A stretch of 64,000 nt of DNA from Zygnema circumcarinatum SAG 698-1b. Its lineage: Eukaryota > Plantae > Zygnematophyceae. A program made the translations under genes and the position numbers. Under the pieces are notes generated by a model. It saw nothing but the letters and a program-made list of their open reading frames with translations, had not been told where the DNA came from and ran no database searches. The stretch spans positions 2,294,001-2,358,000 of the forward strand of contig CM074817.1 of assembly GCA_037447605.1 (NCBI GenBank). Reading direction: 5' to 3'. How positions within the stretch are numbered: the first letter of the stretch is position 1; the number at the start of each line of letters is the position of its first letter. This document shows, piece by piece, positions 62,920 through 64,000 of the stretch.

Positions 62920-63107
62920 CACGATGGCGAGGCCAACAAATGTACATGGACAAAATCAGCATGGGGAACCACGAGGGATAGGTCGCAAAGGACCTAAGCA
63001 CAAAAGGAAATGCTAGGGGTACAAAGGGTCCATTACGGCCAATTCCGCGTGGTTCCTGATGATGTTGATGTTGTCCATGTACATTTGATGGCATCATCGC
63101 CATCGTG
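62920..63107. other. Imperfect about 80-bp-arm inverted repeat (fold-back); candidate MIRNA-like hairpin or MITE
   Basis: CACGATGGCGA and TCGCCATCGTG at the ends; perfect 17-bp core CAAATGTACATGGACAA / TTGTCCATGTACATTTG. Confidence 0.7.
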
Positions 63108-64000
63108 AGATCAATTCACAAAGTAAAATCAAGGGGTTTATTACACTGCCCTTCACAATATTCGCAATGTGTCCAATATTGCCTCGCAGCGTCCACGATA
63201 TTCCTGGACACGCTATACCCCGATGCGATATCGTATCGATATTGTCGTAACTATATCGGCAGAAGCAAGTTTCAGCAGCGGGATGATCACGGAGGTGCAT
63301 TGTTCCACAGTTCGGACCAGTGGATCGGCAACCATTGGACAACCATTGGATGGCAATGGTTGGACGTCTACTGGTTGGCAACCAGTCGACTGGTTATATC
63401 CATTAAATCAAATGGTTGGCAACCATTAAATTGTTGATGTACGGATCCCCGTACAGTCGATATAGTACAGTACTGTACTGTATGGGATTTGGTCAACATG
63501 TACGAATGTACGGTCAGGTGAAATAAATAGTACGCTTATTGTTTTGGCGGGTAGCACGGGATGCCACCGGTTGGCTGCGCCAATTGGGGCAGCCAATCTA
63601 GGACTACCACGTGGCAATTAGGGTTACAGGCCTGCTGGAGGATGGAGGCAGGAGGCAGGGACTGCAAGGAGGCAACGCAGAGGAGGACGAGCTCCCCGGT
63701 CTCACCGGGCGGCGGACATGGCCAGCCGAGCAGCCAGCAAGCAGAGGACGAGGGCCAGGGCGAGGGCGGGAGCCAGGGCGGGCGTCGAGGCGAGCGAGGA
63801 GCGGCGGACATGGAGGCAAATTATTGGAGCGGTGGGAGTGCGGCCGAATGAGGAGCTGCGGCTCTCTTCAGGGCTTAGGCATAAATAGTGCTTAGTGCTT
63901 AGCTTAGGTTTAACCTTCTTTTGCTTTGCTGTGTGCAATCAGCCCTTGTGAAGGTTGGATAGAGGAGGTGGGAGCTTGGGTAGCTCAGGTGTGTTCTTTG

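Noticed and set aside
63561-63851. GC-rich short ORFs near the window end
   Set aside because: No splice partner or homology recognisable; context truncated.

Overview
Eukaryotic nuclear DNA, most likely a streptophyte (charophyte-type) green alga. This is inferred from TTTAGGG telomere motifs, FtsHi2, ABCI12 and a beta-expansin-like gene. GC-rich exons sit in introns made largely of CT/GA tracts and telomere-like G-triplet arrays. Eleven intron-containing genes could be spliced by hand into consistent frames: RBD1 rubredoxin (3' part), SYP61, a small orphan coiled-coil gene (GC-AG intron), a plastid GGCT-like protein, an SR/Lys-rich nuclear protein, a beta-expansin-like gene, SPT4, a GOS1 SNARE, ABCI12/EcfT (one internal stop), FtsHi2 (one exon lost in a gap) and a LEA-like gene. 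A weaker Pro-rich orphan is also listed. Most notable: (1) locus-specific telomere-variant arrays inside introns, (GGGGCTA) about 560 times and (GGGTTGCA)79/(GGGGTTCA)n; (2) four TGTCGG ARF-type elements upstream of the expansin; (3) an ABRE/CE3/RY-like module upstream of the LEA-like gene; (4) perfect palindromes centred on two plastid-protein start codons; (5) a MITE and a long fold-back. The assembly has 10-N gaps, two contig-overlap duplications and visible indel errors. No prokaryotic systems, CRISPR arrays, tRNA or rRNA were seen.
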